A model generated the notes under the pieces. That model saw only the letters and a program-made list of their open reading frames with translations, searched no databases and had not been told where the DNA came from. From Anaerolineales bacterium (lineage in GTDB: Bacteria > Chloroflexota > Anaerolineae > Anaerolineales > Villigracilaceae), in contig JBNKMO010000059.1 in the NCBI GenBank assembly GCA_050293165.1, positions 130 to 64,129 of the forward strand: 64,000 nt of DNA, given 5' to 3'. Every line of letters begins with the position of its first letter. The first letter of the stretch is position 1. Positions 1 through 8,498 of the stretch are shown piece by piece. Position numbers and translations under genes: made by a program.

Positions 1-1419
1 CAAGGCGTTGATGCGCTCAGCGCGGTACGAGCCCATCGGCATATTGATCGGTGGGATTTTGCCGAACTCGTTCAGATCGTTATTGGCGGTCGCAAAGAAA
101 TTGGATTTCGGATTTAAGCTGCGTGGCATCTCATCTACCTGGATGTACGAATCCCAATCATTTTTCGCATCCCAACCGGGGAGCGGAACGAACCCACTTA
201 TACCTGCTCGGCGTTTAGGGACTTTTCCCGTCATTTGAAAGCCGATCTCTCCCGCGTTGTCGGCGAAGACGAAATCCCAGCCGGTCTCGACTTGCCCCAT
301 GATGTCCATGCCTTCTTTAACGGTAACTGCCTCGGCGATATCGAAAAGTGCACGGAAGGTGACTGCGCCCGAATCCGCACCTGTCCAGCGCGTAGCAAGA
401 TAAAGTCCCGGGCGATGCGGGTTTCCATCCATAACCCCGTGCTCGTTCTCGTAGAAATCCACTTTCACATCATCCGCTTTTTTGCGCTTGATCGTTTCCG
501 TACGGACGTTGAAATCGAGCCATTCATCTTCTTTCAGATATTTGCCATCCTTGCAGTTTTCGACCCATGAATCGACGGCATCGACAAAGGCGTAGGTCAC
601 GCCCCAGGCGAGGTCGGGCGTGCGACCGGTAAGCACGCCGGGCGCGCCGGGCATGGTGCCGCCCATCAGATAGCGATCGCCGCTGGAGAGCACGATTTCG
701 CTCCAGACGTTGGGCAGGCGATTGACTTCGAGATGCGGGTCGTTGGCGAGGATCGGCTGCCCCGATTTGGTGCGTGCCCCGCCGATGACCCAATTGTTGG
801 ATGCCATCATGCGCGGTGCGCCCATATCCCAGAGTGATGCGGGGTTGACGATGCGCTTGCCAAGCTCGACCTTTTTGAGCAGATCAATATCCAGTTCGCC
901 GAGATTGCCGGGGAAAAGTTCTTCGAGCTTTTCGAGAGAAATATCGGCTTGGACCATCTCAACGAAGAGACGTTCCATCTCGGCTTGCGATTGTGCGAGC
1001 GTCAGATAGCCAACCATGCGCGAGATCATGATCGAATCGGTGGGTGTCCATTTATCGGGTTTGTAGCCGAGCAGTTTATATTCCCAGGGCGTTTTTTCGG
1101 CGAAGGCAGCGTTGACTCCGTCGGCGTAGGATTGGAGATAGCCCTGATATTTGGCTTCGAGCTTCTCGAACTCACGCTCAAGATTATTGTGCCAATTCAT
1201 TTGGCGGAAGAATTTGTCGATGCCGAGGCTTTCTTCGCTGTCGTTGAGCAACTCGCAAAGGCGACCCTGCCCGAGGACGCGCATCATCAGCATTTGCACG
1301 CCGCGATCCCGCGCGTGAGCAAATCCCTGTCCCCAGTACATGTCGTTTGTGGTTTCGGCTTCAATATGGGGTGTGCCGTTTTCGTCGCGGAAGATGTGCA
1401 GGTCGGGTTTGGGGTTCAT
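1..1419 (-). CDS. Penicillin acylase / Ntn-hydrolase (peptidase S45) family protein. The C-terminal part lies beyond the window start.
   Basis: Missing from the ORF track because there is no stop inside the window. The reverse frame is open for 473 codons from the ATG (complement of 1417-1419) down to nt 1. Translation begins MNPKPDLHIFRDENGTPHIEAETTNDMYWGQGFAHARDRG and contains ...APRMMASNNWVIGG..., the Ser-Asn-Asn-Trp nucleophile region typical of S45 acylases. Confidence 0.8.
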   Translation of the reverse strand, partial: MNPKPDLHIFRDENGTPHIEAETTNDMYWGQGFAHARDRGVQMLMMRVLGQGRLCELLNDSEESLGIDKFFRQMNWHNNLEREFEKLEAKYQGYLQSYADGVNAAFAEKTPWEYKLLGYKPDKWTPTDSIMISRMVGYLTLAQSQAEMERLFVEMVQADISLEKLEELFPGNLGELDIDLLKKVELGKRIVNPASLWDMGAPRMMASNNWVIGGARTKSGQPILANDPHLEVNRLPNVWSEIVLSSGDRYLMGGTMPGAPGVLTGRTPDLAWGVTYAFVDAVDSWVENCKDGKYLKEDEWLDFNVRTETIKRKKADDVKVDFYENEHGVMDGNPHRPGLYLATRWTGADSGAVTFRALFDIAEAVTVKEGMDIMGQVETGWDFVFADNAGEIGFQMTGKVPKRRAGISGFVPLPGWDAKNDWDSYIQVDEMPRSLNPKSNFFATANNDLNEFGKIPPINMPMGSYRAERINAL

Positions 1420-1583
1420 AGGGAGATCCTTTTTATTTGGCGAAGAGAGAAGTGCGAATATTATAGGGTGTGAAATAAAGATAGGATAGGGTTTTAATGT
1501 AGCGCTATTTATGATTTCCTTCCTCAGCGTTTTGTTCTGGCTAATATATAATCAAGATACTTTTTTGTACGAAAGCCCTTGTT

Positions 1584-2423
1584 TTGGAGAACAGAATGGA
1601 TAAATCACCTTCTCGTCGAGAGAAGAAACTCTGCTGCAATTCGCCTCTTTGGTTACATGCTTCATCCTTTTTGGTTGGGGTAGCAGTTTTGACATCCTTC
1701 TCAGTGCTACAGAAAATTATGGTCGGAAGAGCCGATATGATTCTTCAACCAGGAGGTTATTTGGTCCCGTTTTTTTATGGTGGTTTTACCGGGGTGCTTT
1801 TTGGATTATGGTATCGGCGCCTAAAAGAAAATCAAGCTGATCTACTGCATGCCTATGATGAGACCTTGGCAGGATGGGCGAAAGCGATTGAAATGCGGGA
1901 TAAAGTAACAGACGACCATACCCAACGTGTGGTTGTGCTGACAGAGGACTTGGCACGCGCAATGCAAATCCCGGAAGAAGACTTAGTCCATTTGCGACGC
2001 GGGGCTTTGCTACATGATATAGGCAAGATTGGTATCCCTGACGCAATTTTGAGCAAACCCGGTCACCTGACGGACGCGGAGAGAAGCATTGTGCAACAGC
2101 ACCCGGAACATGCCAGACAGATGTTGGAAGAGATTGATTTTTTAGAACCTGCCCTATGCATTCCTTGTTGTCATCATGAACGCTGGAATGGGAGCGGTTA
2201 CCCCAATGGCTCTAAAGGGGAAGAAGTCCCTTTAGGAGCCCGCATATTTGCTGTTGTAGATGTTTGGGATGCGCTTGCGAGCGACCGCCCTTATCGTAAA
2301 GCATGGTCGCAAAAAGATGCGCTGGCGTATATAGAAGAGAACGCAGGCAAACTCTTTGACCCTGATGTGGTGAAGGTTTTTTCGAGCTATATACGACCCC
2401 GGATCAATTCATCTGATCGTTAG
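1584..2423 (+). CDS. HD-GYP domain phosphohydrolase (likely c-di-GMP phosphodiesterase) with an N-terminal membrane segment
   Basis: Contains LLHDIGKIGIPDAIL (HD) and HHERWNGSGYP (GYP), with hydrophobic N-terminal helices. The start is uncertain: TTG at 1584 or ATG at 1596. Confidence 0.85.
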   Translation: MENRMDKSPSRREKKLCCNSPLWLHASSFLVGVAVLTSFSVLQKIMVGRADMILQPGGYLVPFFYGGFTGVLFGLWYRRLKENQADLLHAYDETLAGWAKAIEMRDKVTDDHTQRVVVLTEDLARAMQIPEEDLVHLRRGALLHDIGKIGIPDAILSKPGHLTDAERSIVQQHPEHARQMLEEIDFLEPALCIPCCHHERWNGSGYPNGSKGEEVPLGARIFAVVDVWDALASDRPYRKAWSQKDALAYIEENAGKLFDPDVVKVFSSYIRPRINSSDR

Positions 2424-2485
2424 CAAGAGGCTGAATATTGTTACTCTGTATGGAGAAGATATCCCTTCATCTTCTCTGTATTAAA

Positions 2486-2645
2486 AACTGATGTTACGCA
2501 AAAGATGCTTTTGGCAGACTTTGGAGTTCCCCTCACCCTCCGCCCTCTCCCTTTGGGAGAGGGGACTTAATTCCTTCTCCCTTTGGGAGAAGGTTAGGAT
2601 GAGGGAAAACGACAGTCCATTGCTCATCTCTGCGTAACATCAGTT
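2486..2645. repeat. 160-bp nested palindromic (MITE-like) intergenic element
   Basis: The ends are a perfect 15-bp inverted repeat: aactgatgttacgca (2486-2500) and tgcgtaacatcagtt (2631-2645). Inside are two near-identical 9-bp-stem hairpins, ccctctccc-ttt-gggagaggg (2543-2563) and ccttctccc-ttt-gggagaagg (2573-2593). A further arm pair is ccctcaccct / aggatgaggg. Confidence 0.7.
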
Positions 2646-2816
2646 ATTACCTTTACCGATTTGATAAAAAACGGTTTGCCCCTCTTGTTGTATTACCCTG
2701 AGAACCCCTCTCGCTGACCATAGGCATTGCATTAAATTCTCTTTATACTCATCAAATAGACAAATTATTTAGAAACCACAGAATGATATGTCTTTGCAAG
2801 CCCCGATGCTTTTCAG

Positions 2817-2857
2817 GGCGAAGCAATCTCCCACTCTGGTCTGGAGACTGCCGCGTC
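2817..2857. repeat. Degenerate hairpin element (gcaatctcc / ggagactgc core)
   Basis: ggcgaagcaatctcc (2817-2831) is complementary to ggagactgccgcgtc (2843-2857) at 11 of 15 positions. It is followed by cctcctcgcagagac. A related cattgcgagg...gcaatctcc motif occurs at 63523-63561. Confidence 0.45.
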
Positions 2858-2918
2858 GGGCTAATGCCCTCCTCGCAGAGACATGATTTTCTAAATTCTA
2901 TTTATTCTTCTGGAAGAC

Positions 2919-3578
2919 ATGAAAAAAACAACTGCTTTTTCACTTGCTTTTTTGCTGCTACTATCATTTTTCTTGATAGCGGAAAATTTTTCATATCCAG
3001 TATATGCACAGGTTCTGACATCGTCTACGCCGACATTCGATCCGCTTGCAGAACCCTCGCTCCCGGAAAATCCCAGTGAATATGAATTGGGACGTTATTG
3101 GTATTGGTATCACTGCATGACATGTCATGGGGATATCGGGCAGGGACTTACTGACGAGTTTCGTGCACTTTGGCCTGAAGATCATCAGAATTGTTGGGCG
3201 AAAGGTTGTCATGGTGGTCAAAGAGATGATCCCGGTTTCCCTATCCCCACGGTTGTCCCACCTTTGGTTAGCCAGGCTAAATTAGCTCGGTTCTCGTCAT
3301 TTCAGACATTCTATGACTATCTTAAAAGTACACATCCTCCTCAATACCCGGGAACGCTAAAAGATGAGGAATATCAGGCGATTGCTCTCTATGTTTTCGA
3401 TATGAATAACCGGGTGCCAGAATCCCCCACGCTGACGCCGACCATTGCTCCTACATTAACTTCAACACCTGTTCCCGAAGTCGTTCCAGAAACGCATACT
3501 TCTTCCGAGTCGATAATATTTATCATTGCTTTGGGGTTGATCCTGGTTCTAATCGTGATTCGGGCATTTAAAAAATAA
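2919..3578 (+). CDS. Membrane-anchored c-type cytochrome
   Basis: Has an N-terminal signal peptide, the heme motif CMTCH, and a second CWAKGCH (CX4CH) motif. A Pro/Thr-rich linker and a C-terminal TM helix follow (IIFIIALGLILVLIVIRAF). Confidence 0.8.
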   Translation: MKKTTAFSLAFLLLLSFFLIAENFSYPVYAQVLTSSTPTFDPLAEPSLPENPSEYELGRYWYWYHCMTCHGDIGQGLTDEFRALWPEDHQNCWAKGCHGGQRDDPGFPIPTVVPPLVSQAKLARFSSFQTFYDYLKSTHPPQYPGTLKDEEYQAIALYVFDMNNRVPESPTLTPTIAPTLTSTPVPEVVPETHTSSESIIFIIALGLILVLIVIRAFKK

Positions 3579-3602
3579 GGGCGGGTTTTAAACCCGCCCT
3601 TA
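3576..3602. terminator. Bidirectional hairpin between convergent cytochrome c and sdhB
   Basis: Palindrome taagggcgggttt-t-aaacccgccctta overlaps the cytochrome c stop codon and is flanked by an A-run. Confidence 0.65.
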
Positions 3603-3631
3603 CCAAATGCTTTCTAAAGAAACTTTCTTTC

Positions 3632-4342
3632 TTAGTCGAGATTGCCGGTTGCGATGGCTTTCTTAACTTCGCCGATAGCCTGAGTGATTTGAATCTCACG
3701 CGGGCAGGCAACTGTGCAATTGAAGATAGTGCGGCAGCGATAGACACCGAACTGGTCGTTGAGAATTTGGAGACGTTCGGCGGCGCCTTTGTCGCGGCTG
3801 TCGAAGATGAAGCGATGCGCGTTGACAATGGCAGCCGGCCCGACGTATTCGTCGTTCGACCAGAAAGACGGACAGGATGTGGTGCAAGCACCGCACAAAA
3901 TGCACTTGGTGGTGTCGTCGAAGCGTTCGCGGTCTTCAACACTTTGAATGCGTTCCTGTGCCGGAGCGGGATCGTCGTTGATGAAGTACGGCATGACGGA
4001 TTTATAGTGATCGAAGAATGGATCCATATCGACGATCATGTCTTTCAGGACGGGCAAGCCAAGGATCGGCTCGACGGTGATTCTGGTTGATTTGATGTCC
4101 TGAACGAGAGTCTTGCAGGCCAGGCGATTTTGTCCATTGATGCGCATGGCGCAGGAGCCGCAAACACCGTGCGCGCAAGAGCGACGGAAAGAGAGCGAGC
4201 CGTCCTGATGACCTTTGACGTTTTCCATCAGGTCGAGGACGCGGTCTGTAGGTTCAGCTTCGACGGTGAAGGTGTCGTAATAAGGCTTCTTATCTTTTTC
4301 CGGGTTATAGCGGAAGAGTTTCAAGGTAATTTGAGTCATCAT
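3632..4342 (-). CDS. sdhB: Succinate dehydrogenase / fumarate reductase iron-sulfur subunit
   Basis: Cys clusters CAHGVCGSCAM, CILCGACTTSCP and CTVACP. It lies directly downstream of sdhA. Confidence 0.92.
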   Translation of the reverse strand: MMTQITLKLFRYNPEKDKKPYYDTFTVEAEPTDRVLDLMENVKGHQDGSLSFRRSCAHGVCGSCAMRINGQNRLACKTLVQDIKSTRITVEPILGLPVLKDMIVDMDPFFDHYKSVMPYFINDDPAPAQERIQSVEDRERFDDTTKCILCGACTTSCPSFWSNDEYVGPAAIVNAHRFIFDSRDKGAAERLQILNDQFGVYRCRTIFNCTVACPREIQITQAIGEVKKAIATGNLD

Positions 4343-4348
4343 ATCCTC

Positions 4349-6145
4349 CTAGTACACCCGTTTTTTCGGTTCAAATCTGGTGTAGATCACATCTTTGTAG
4401 TCGAGTTTGACTCCATCGTCGTCAAGCCAGGCTAAGGTATGCTTCATCCATTCATCGTCGAGACGTTCGGGATAGTCGTCGCGAGCGTGGGCACCGCGGC
4501 TCTCTTTGCGTTCGAGGGCAGAAACGGCGGTCACCTCGGCGATATCGAGCAGGTTGCTCAATTCCCAGGCATTGAGCAAATCCATATTGAACTTCTCGCC
4601 TTTGTCGTCGAGCTTGATATTCTTGAAGCGTTTCTTCAGCTCGCGGATCTTTTCGACAGCTTCTTTCATACCTTCTTCCACGCGGAAAACGCCAACGTGT
4701 TCGAACATGACCTCTTTCATTTCGGTAGCGATGTCGGAGAGGCGTTCGTTGCCATCGGATTCGAGTAGTACTTTCAGTTGTTTTTCAACGAATTCGGTGG
4801 GATTGTTGGGAAGCGGAATGTAGTCAGCTTCTTTGGCGTACTCGGCAGCTTTGATGCCGGAATGCTTACCGAAGACGACGATATCGAGCAGGGAGTTGGT
4901 TCCGAGACGATTGGAGCCGTGCACGGAAACACAGGCGTTTTCACCAACGGCGAAGAACCCGGGCAACGGATTACGCTTTTTATCGATGACGACTTGCCCG
5001 TAGTTATCGGTGGGGATACCGCCCATGCCGTAGTGTGCTGTCGGCTGGACAGGCATCGGATCGGTGACGGGGTTCACGCCTAGATAGGTTTCGCAGAAGT
5101 CGATGATATCTGGTAGTTTGCCGAGAATCTCTTCGCCCGTTACCACGTACGGGCTTCCGTCCGGACGGGTGCGTCCGTCGAGGGCAGCGTACTTGTTAAC
5201 GGTTTCAGGCGTCACGTCAAGGTAGAGATAGCGCTTGCCGTTAATCCCATTGCCTTGTTTCATTTCAAGATACATGGCACGGCTGACAACATCACGCGAA
5301 GCGAGTTCCTTGACGCTGGGGGCATTGCCTTCTTTTTCCATGAAGCGTTCGCCCTTGCCATTCAGCAGGATACCGCCTTCGCCGCGCACACCTTCGGTGA
5401 TGAGAATACCCATCTTGTAGATGCCGGTTGGATGGAATTGGAAGAACTCCATATCCTGCGCGGGGATGCCGCGGCGAAGGGCGATGGCAACACCGTCACC
5501 GGTATAGGCATAAGCGTTGGAGGTGATCTCCCAAACACGTCCCCAACCGCCGGTTGCGAAGATAACCGATTTGGCTTGGAAGACGTGCAATTCGCCAGTG
5601 GCGATTTCAAGGGCAACGACGCCAGCCACACCCTCTTCGGTGCGGATCAAATCCATGACCTGGAATTCATCATAGAAGGTGACGTTATTCTTGATACTTT
5701 GTTGGTAGAGGGTTTGCAGGATCATATGACCGGTGCGGTCGGCAGCGTAGCAAGCACGCATGACAGGTTTACCGGTCTCGTTGTTGGTGTGTCCACCGAA
5801 AGGACGCTGGGCAATTTTGCCATCTTTGGTGCGGCTGAAGGGCAAGCCCATATGCTCGAGTTCGTAAACGATCTCGGGCGCTTCTTTGCACATGAATTCG
5901 ATTGCGTCTTGATCGCCGAGATAGTCACTGCCCTTGACGGTATCGTAGGTGTGCCATTCGGGGCGATCTTCTTCAAGGTTGCCGAGGGCAGCACCGATGC
6001 CGCCTTGAGCCGCGCCCGTATGCGAGCGGGCGGGATAAAGTTTCGAGATAACTGCCGTTGAAGCAGATTTTGATGCGTATAAACCGGCCATTAGGCCTGC
6101 GCCACCTGCGCCTACAACAACGACTTCAAATTGATGTTTTTTCAT
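4349..6145 (-). CDS. sdhA: Succinate dehydrogenase flavoprotein subunit
   Basis: [21 protein letters not shown] (FAD fold) and [10 protein letters not shown] (covalent-FAD His region). I moved the start to the ATG at 6145, which has a SD (aggagtg). The track start at 6229 would overlap sdhD. Confidence 0.93.
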   Translation of the reverse strand: MKKHQFEVVVVGAGGAGLMAGLYASKSASTAVISKLYPARSHTGAAQGGIGAALGNLEEDRPEWHTYDTVKGSDYLGDQDAIEFMCKEAPEIVYELEHMGLPFSRTKDGKIAQRPFGGHTNNETGKPVMRACYAADRTGHMILQTLYQQSIKNNVTFYDEFQVMDLIRTEEGVAGVVALEIATGELHVFQAKSVIFATGGWGRVWEITSNAYAYTGDGVAIALRRGIPAQDMEFFQFHPTGIYKMGILITEGVRGEGGILLNGKGERFMEKEGNAPSVKELASRDVVSRAMYLEMKQGNGINGKRYLYLDVTPETVNKYAALDGRTRPDGSPYVVTGEEILGKLPDIIDFCETYLGVNPVTDPMPVQPTAHYGMGGIPTDNYGQVVIDKKRNPLPGFFAVGENACVSVHGSNRLGTNSLLDIVVFGKHSGIKAAEYAKEADYIPLPNNPTEFVEKQLKVLLESDGNERLSDIATEMKEVMFEHVGVFRVEEGMKEAVEKIRELKKRFKNIKLDDKGEKFNMDLLNAWELSNLLDIAEVTAVSALERKESRGAHARDDYPERLDDEWMKHTLAWLDDDGVKLDYKDVIYTRFEPKKRVY

Positions 6146-6156
6146 GAAGACACTCC

Positions 6157-6582
6157 TTAAGAAGCCAAGACAACGTAGACGGCTACCAGTAAAATGAAGA
6201 GCCAGAGAATGAAGATAAAGCCGCGCCAAATGGGGCGACCCCAGCCACTGCTGATGAAATCTTCAACGACGATACGCAGACCGTTGATGCCGTGCGTTAC
6301 GCCAAAGAAGACCGCCAGCATCTGCATGACTTGCCAGAAGCTATTGATGAAGCCGTCGAGGTTGACGATATCGCTGCTAACAACATGGCTGGGATTGGGG
6401 AAGAACATCCAGCGGACGACCGTGTTGATATCGGTTTGGGTGCGGGCACCCATAATGAAGGCGGCAACCAAGCCGATCAATCCAACCAGATAGAGGCCCA
6501 GCGCTGAGAGGCGCATGAAGAGCCACATGATATAGTCGAGACTGAAACCGCGTTTTGCTACTGTTCGTGAACTCATATCCAT
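6157..6582 (-). CDS. sdhD: Succinate dehydrogenase hydrophobic membrane anchor subunit
   Basis: A 141-aa protein with 3 TM helices, positioned between sdhC and sdhA. Confidence 0.7.
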   Translation of the reverse strand: MDMSSRTVAKRGFSLDYIMWLFMRLSALGLYLVGLIGLVAAFIMGARTQTDINTVVRWMFFPNPSHVVSSDIVNLDGFINSFWQVMQMLAVFFGVTHGINGLRIVVEDFISSGWGRPIWRGFIFILWLFILLVAVYVVLAS

Positions 6583-6588
6583 ATCCTC

Positions 6589-6975
6589 CTAGAGACCCAG
6601 TGTGCTTTTGAGCACAGCGAAGAGGATCAGACCATACAAGGGGATAAAAGCAAGCCATTGCAGCCAGATCGCTTCTCGTTGGTGTTCCAGCAACGCAGGC
6701 CACAGGTCAAGGATGGTGACGCGCAATCCGTTGATCGCGTGGAAGATGACCAGGAAGAAGAGCACCAGTTGGAATATCCAGTTTTCGTAAACAATATTGA
6801 TGGCGATTCCAACATCGCTGCCAAATTGCTGGGTGAGGAAATCTGCGATGATGTGGGAACCGACGAAGAATACCATCGCCAAACCGCTAAGGCGGTGTAG
6901 GATCCACGCCCACATAGGTCCGCCCCCTTTATATTTCAGTCCCGTGAAGAAACCAACTTTCCGATTAAGAGCCAT
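6589..6975 (-). CDS. sdhC: Succinate dehydrogenase cytochrome b subunit
   Basis: Three TM helices with conserved His residues. I chose the ATG at 6975, preceded by aggaggcgc. The track start at 7020 adds 15 unlikely residues. Confidence 0.75.
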   Translation of the reverse strand: MALNRKVGFFTGLKYKGGGPMWAWILHRLSGLAMVFFVGSHIIADFLTQQFGSDVGIAINIVYENWIFQLVLFFLVIFHAINGLRVTILDLWPALLEHQREAIWLQWLAFIPLYGLILFAVLKSTLGL

Positions 6976-7325
6976 TTGCGCCTCCTGTGTAGGGATACTT
7001 TCTAATTGCTCCCGCCACAATGCCTAAGATATTTTCCTGCTTTTAAAAAAGAATATCTATTATGCCAGTTATATCATGGTGGAAACGCATTCATTATCCC
7101 ATTGTGACCAAGTCACAGAAAGTGACAATGTACATAGATATTTAGTTTCAGACTTCCTCTAATAAAGATTAAGTAGACCTTTATAATCCTGTAGTCAAAA
7201 ATCAATAAATTTATATTCTTTTGACATCCCCAATCAGGTTTTTGATCTCTGTGGTATTGACTATTGCCGGGGTCATAAGCTATCCAAGAATTTATAGATT
7301 CTAAAGAAAGCCCAAGGAGGTACGC

Positions 7326-7823
7326 ATGGCAAGTTCGCATCGAATAAGCCGGCGGGATTTTGTTAAGGTTACGACTGCGGCGCTTGGTTCTATTATGGGC
7401 GTTGCGATGGGTATTCCGGTGATCGGGTATTTGATTGACCCGGCGTTGAAAGCCCAATCAGGCGAAGCCTGGATTCCGCTCGGACCGCTGGAAAATTTCC
7501 CTATCGGCACGCCAAAAGCTTTTTCTTTTACTCGTTCCAATATCAATGGCTGGGAAAAGACAGTCAACAGCTACGGCGGTTTTGTTTTACGCAAATCTGA
7601 ATCCGAGATGTTGGTACTGTCCAATCGTTGTACCCACTTGAGTTGCAGCGTTAACTGGGTAGAAGCTCGGGGCGAGTATGTTTGCCCTTGTCACGATGCC
7701 CAGTTTGGGGTCGAGGGCGAGGTGCTCGGCGGCCCGCCGCCACATCCGCTTGATCGCTATGAAACCAATGTCGAGGAAGGCACGCTGATGATCCGCTTCC
7801 CCGCAGTTCCATTCGAAGGATAA
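7326..7823 (+). CDS. qcrA: Rieske [2Fe-2S] subunit of the cytochrome bc complex (Tat-exported)
   Basis: Twin-arginine signal SRRDFVKVTTAALG. Rieske boxes CTHLSC and CPCHDAQF. SD aaggagg at 7314-7320. Confidence 0.9.
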   Translation: MASSHRISRRDFVKVTTAALGSIMGVAMGIPVIGYLIDPALKAQSGEAWIPLGPLENFPIGTPKAFSFTRSNINGWEKTVNSYGGFVLRKSESEMLVLSNRCTHLSCSVNWVEARGEYVCPCHDAQFGVEGEVLGGPPPHPLDRYETNVEEGTLMIRFPAVPFEG

Positions 7824-7827
7824 GACT

Positions 7828-8487
7828 ATGTGGCAAAAAATCTATGCTTGGCTGGATGAACGTGTTGGTTTCGACGGCCTCTATAAAAATCTTTTGGATC
7901 GTCCTGAGCCCCACGGGAATTGGTGGAACACGCTCGGGAGCGCCAGCTTGTTTCTGTTTGTGATGCAAGGACTTACCGGGATATTTCTTACCGTTTACTA
8001 CACCCCCTCGCCGGATCACGCTTACGATAGCATTCAGTACATCATGAATGGTGTTGCTTTCGGGTGGCTAATTCGCGGTATCCATCACTGGGGTGCGACG
8101 CTGATGGTCTTGGTGGTCTTTATTCACATGCTGCGTGTTTTCTTCTCAGCATCTTATAAATACCCGCGTGAGTTGACCTGGATGGTGGGTGTTTTCCTTT
8201 TCCTGCTCACGCTTGGGATGGGTTTCACCGGCTACTTGTTACCTTTCAATCAGCGCGCCTATTGGGCAACAGTTGTTGGTACGAATATAGGCGGTGTTGT
8301 TCCGGGCATTGGCGGCTTCATTTTGAAAGCCCTGCGTGGTGGCACGGACGTGAGTGCTCTGACGCTCTCGCGTTTCTTCTCTGCTCATATTTGGATGCTG
8401 CCCGCTGCTTTAGCTGGTCTGATCGGTGTTCACCTGTATCTGATTATGCGTCATGGTGAATCTGCGTATCCCGATGCGGATGATTAA
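7828..8487 (+). CDS. qcrB: Cytochrome b6-type (split) cytochrome b subunit
   Basis: A 219-aa 4-TM protein containing GIHHWGATLMVLVVFIHMLRVFF (heme-ligand histidines). Confidence 0.9.
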   Translation: MWQKIYAWLDERVGFDGLYKNLLDRPEPHGNWWNTLGSASLFLFVMQGLTGIFLTVYYTPSPDHAYDSIQYIMNGVAFGWLIRGIHHWGATLMVLVVFIHMLRVFFSASYKYPRELTWMVGVFLFLLTLGMGFTGYLLPFNQRAYWATVVGTNIGGVVPGIGGFILKALRGGTDVSALTLSRFFSAHIWMLPAALAGLIGVHLYLIMRHGESAYPDADD

Positions 8488-8498
8488 GGAGTGCTCCG

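Noticed and set aside
949-1473. 174-aa plus-strand ORF at the window start
   Set aside because: It is antisense to the untracked penicillin-acylase-family gene (1..1419, minus strand).
5255-6061. 268-aa plus-strand ORF
   Set aside because: It is antisense to sdhA. The same reasoning applies to 4439..4768, 4506..4823 and 4778..5083.
6146-6229. N-terminal 28-aa extension of sdhA in the track
   Set aside because: The extension overlaps the end of sdhD. The internal ATG at 6145 has an SD and gives the canonical [13 protein letters not shown]-terminus.
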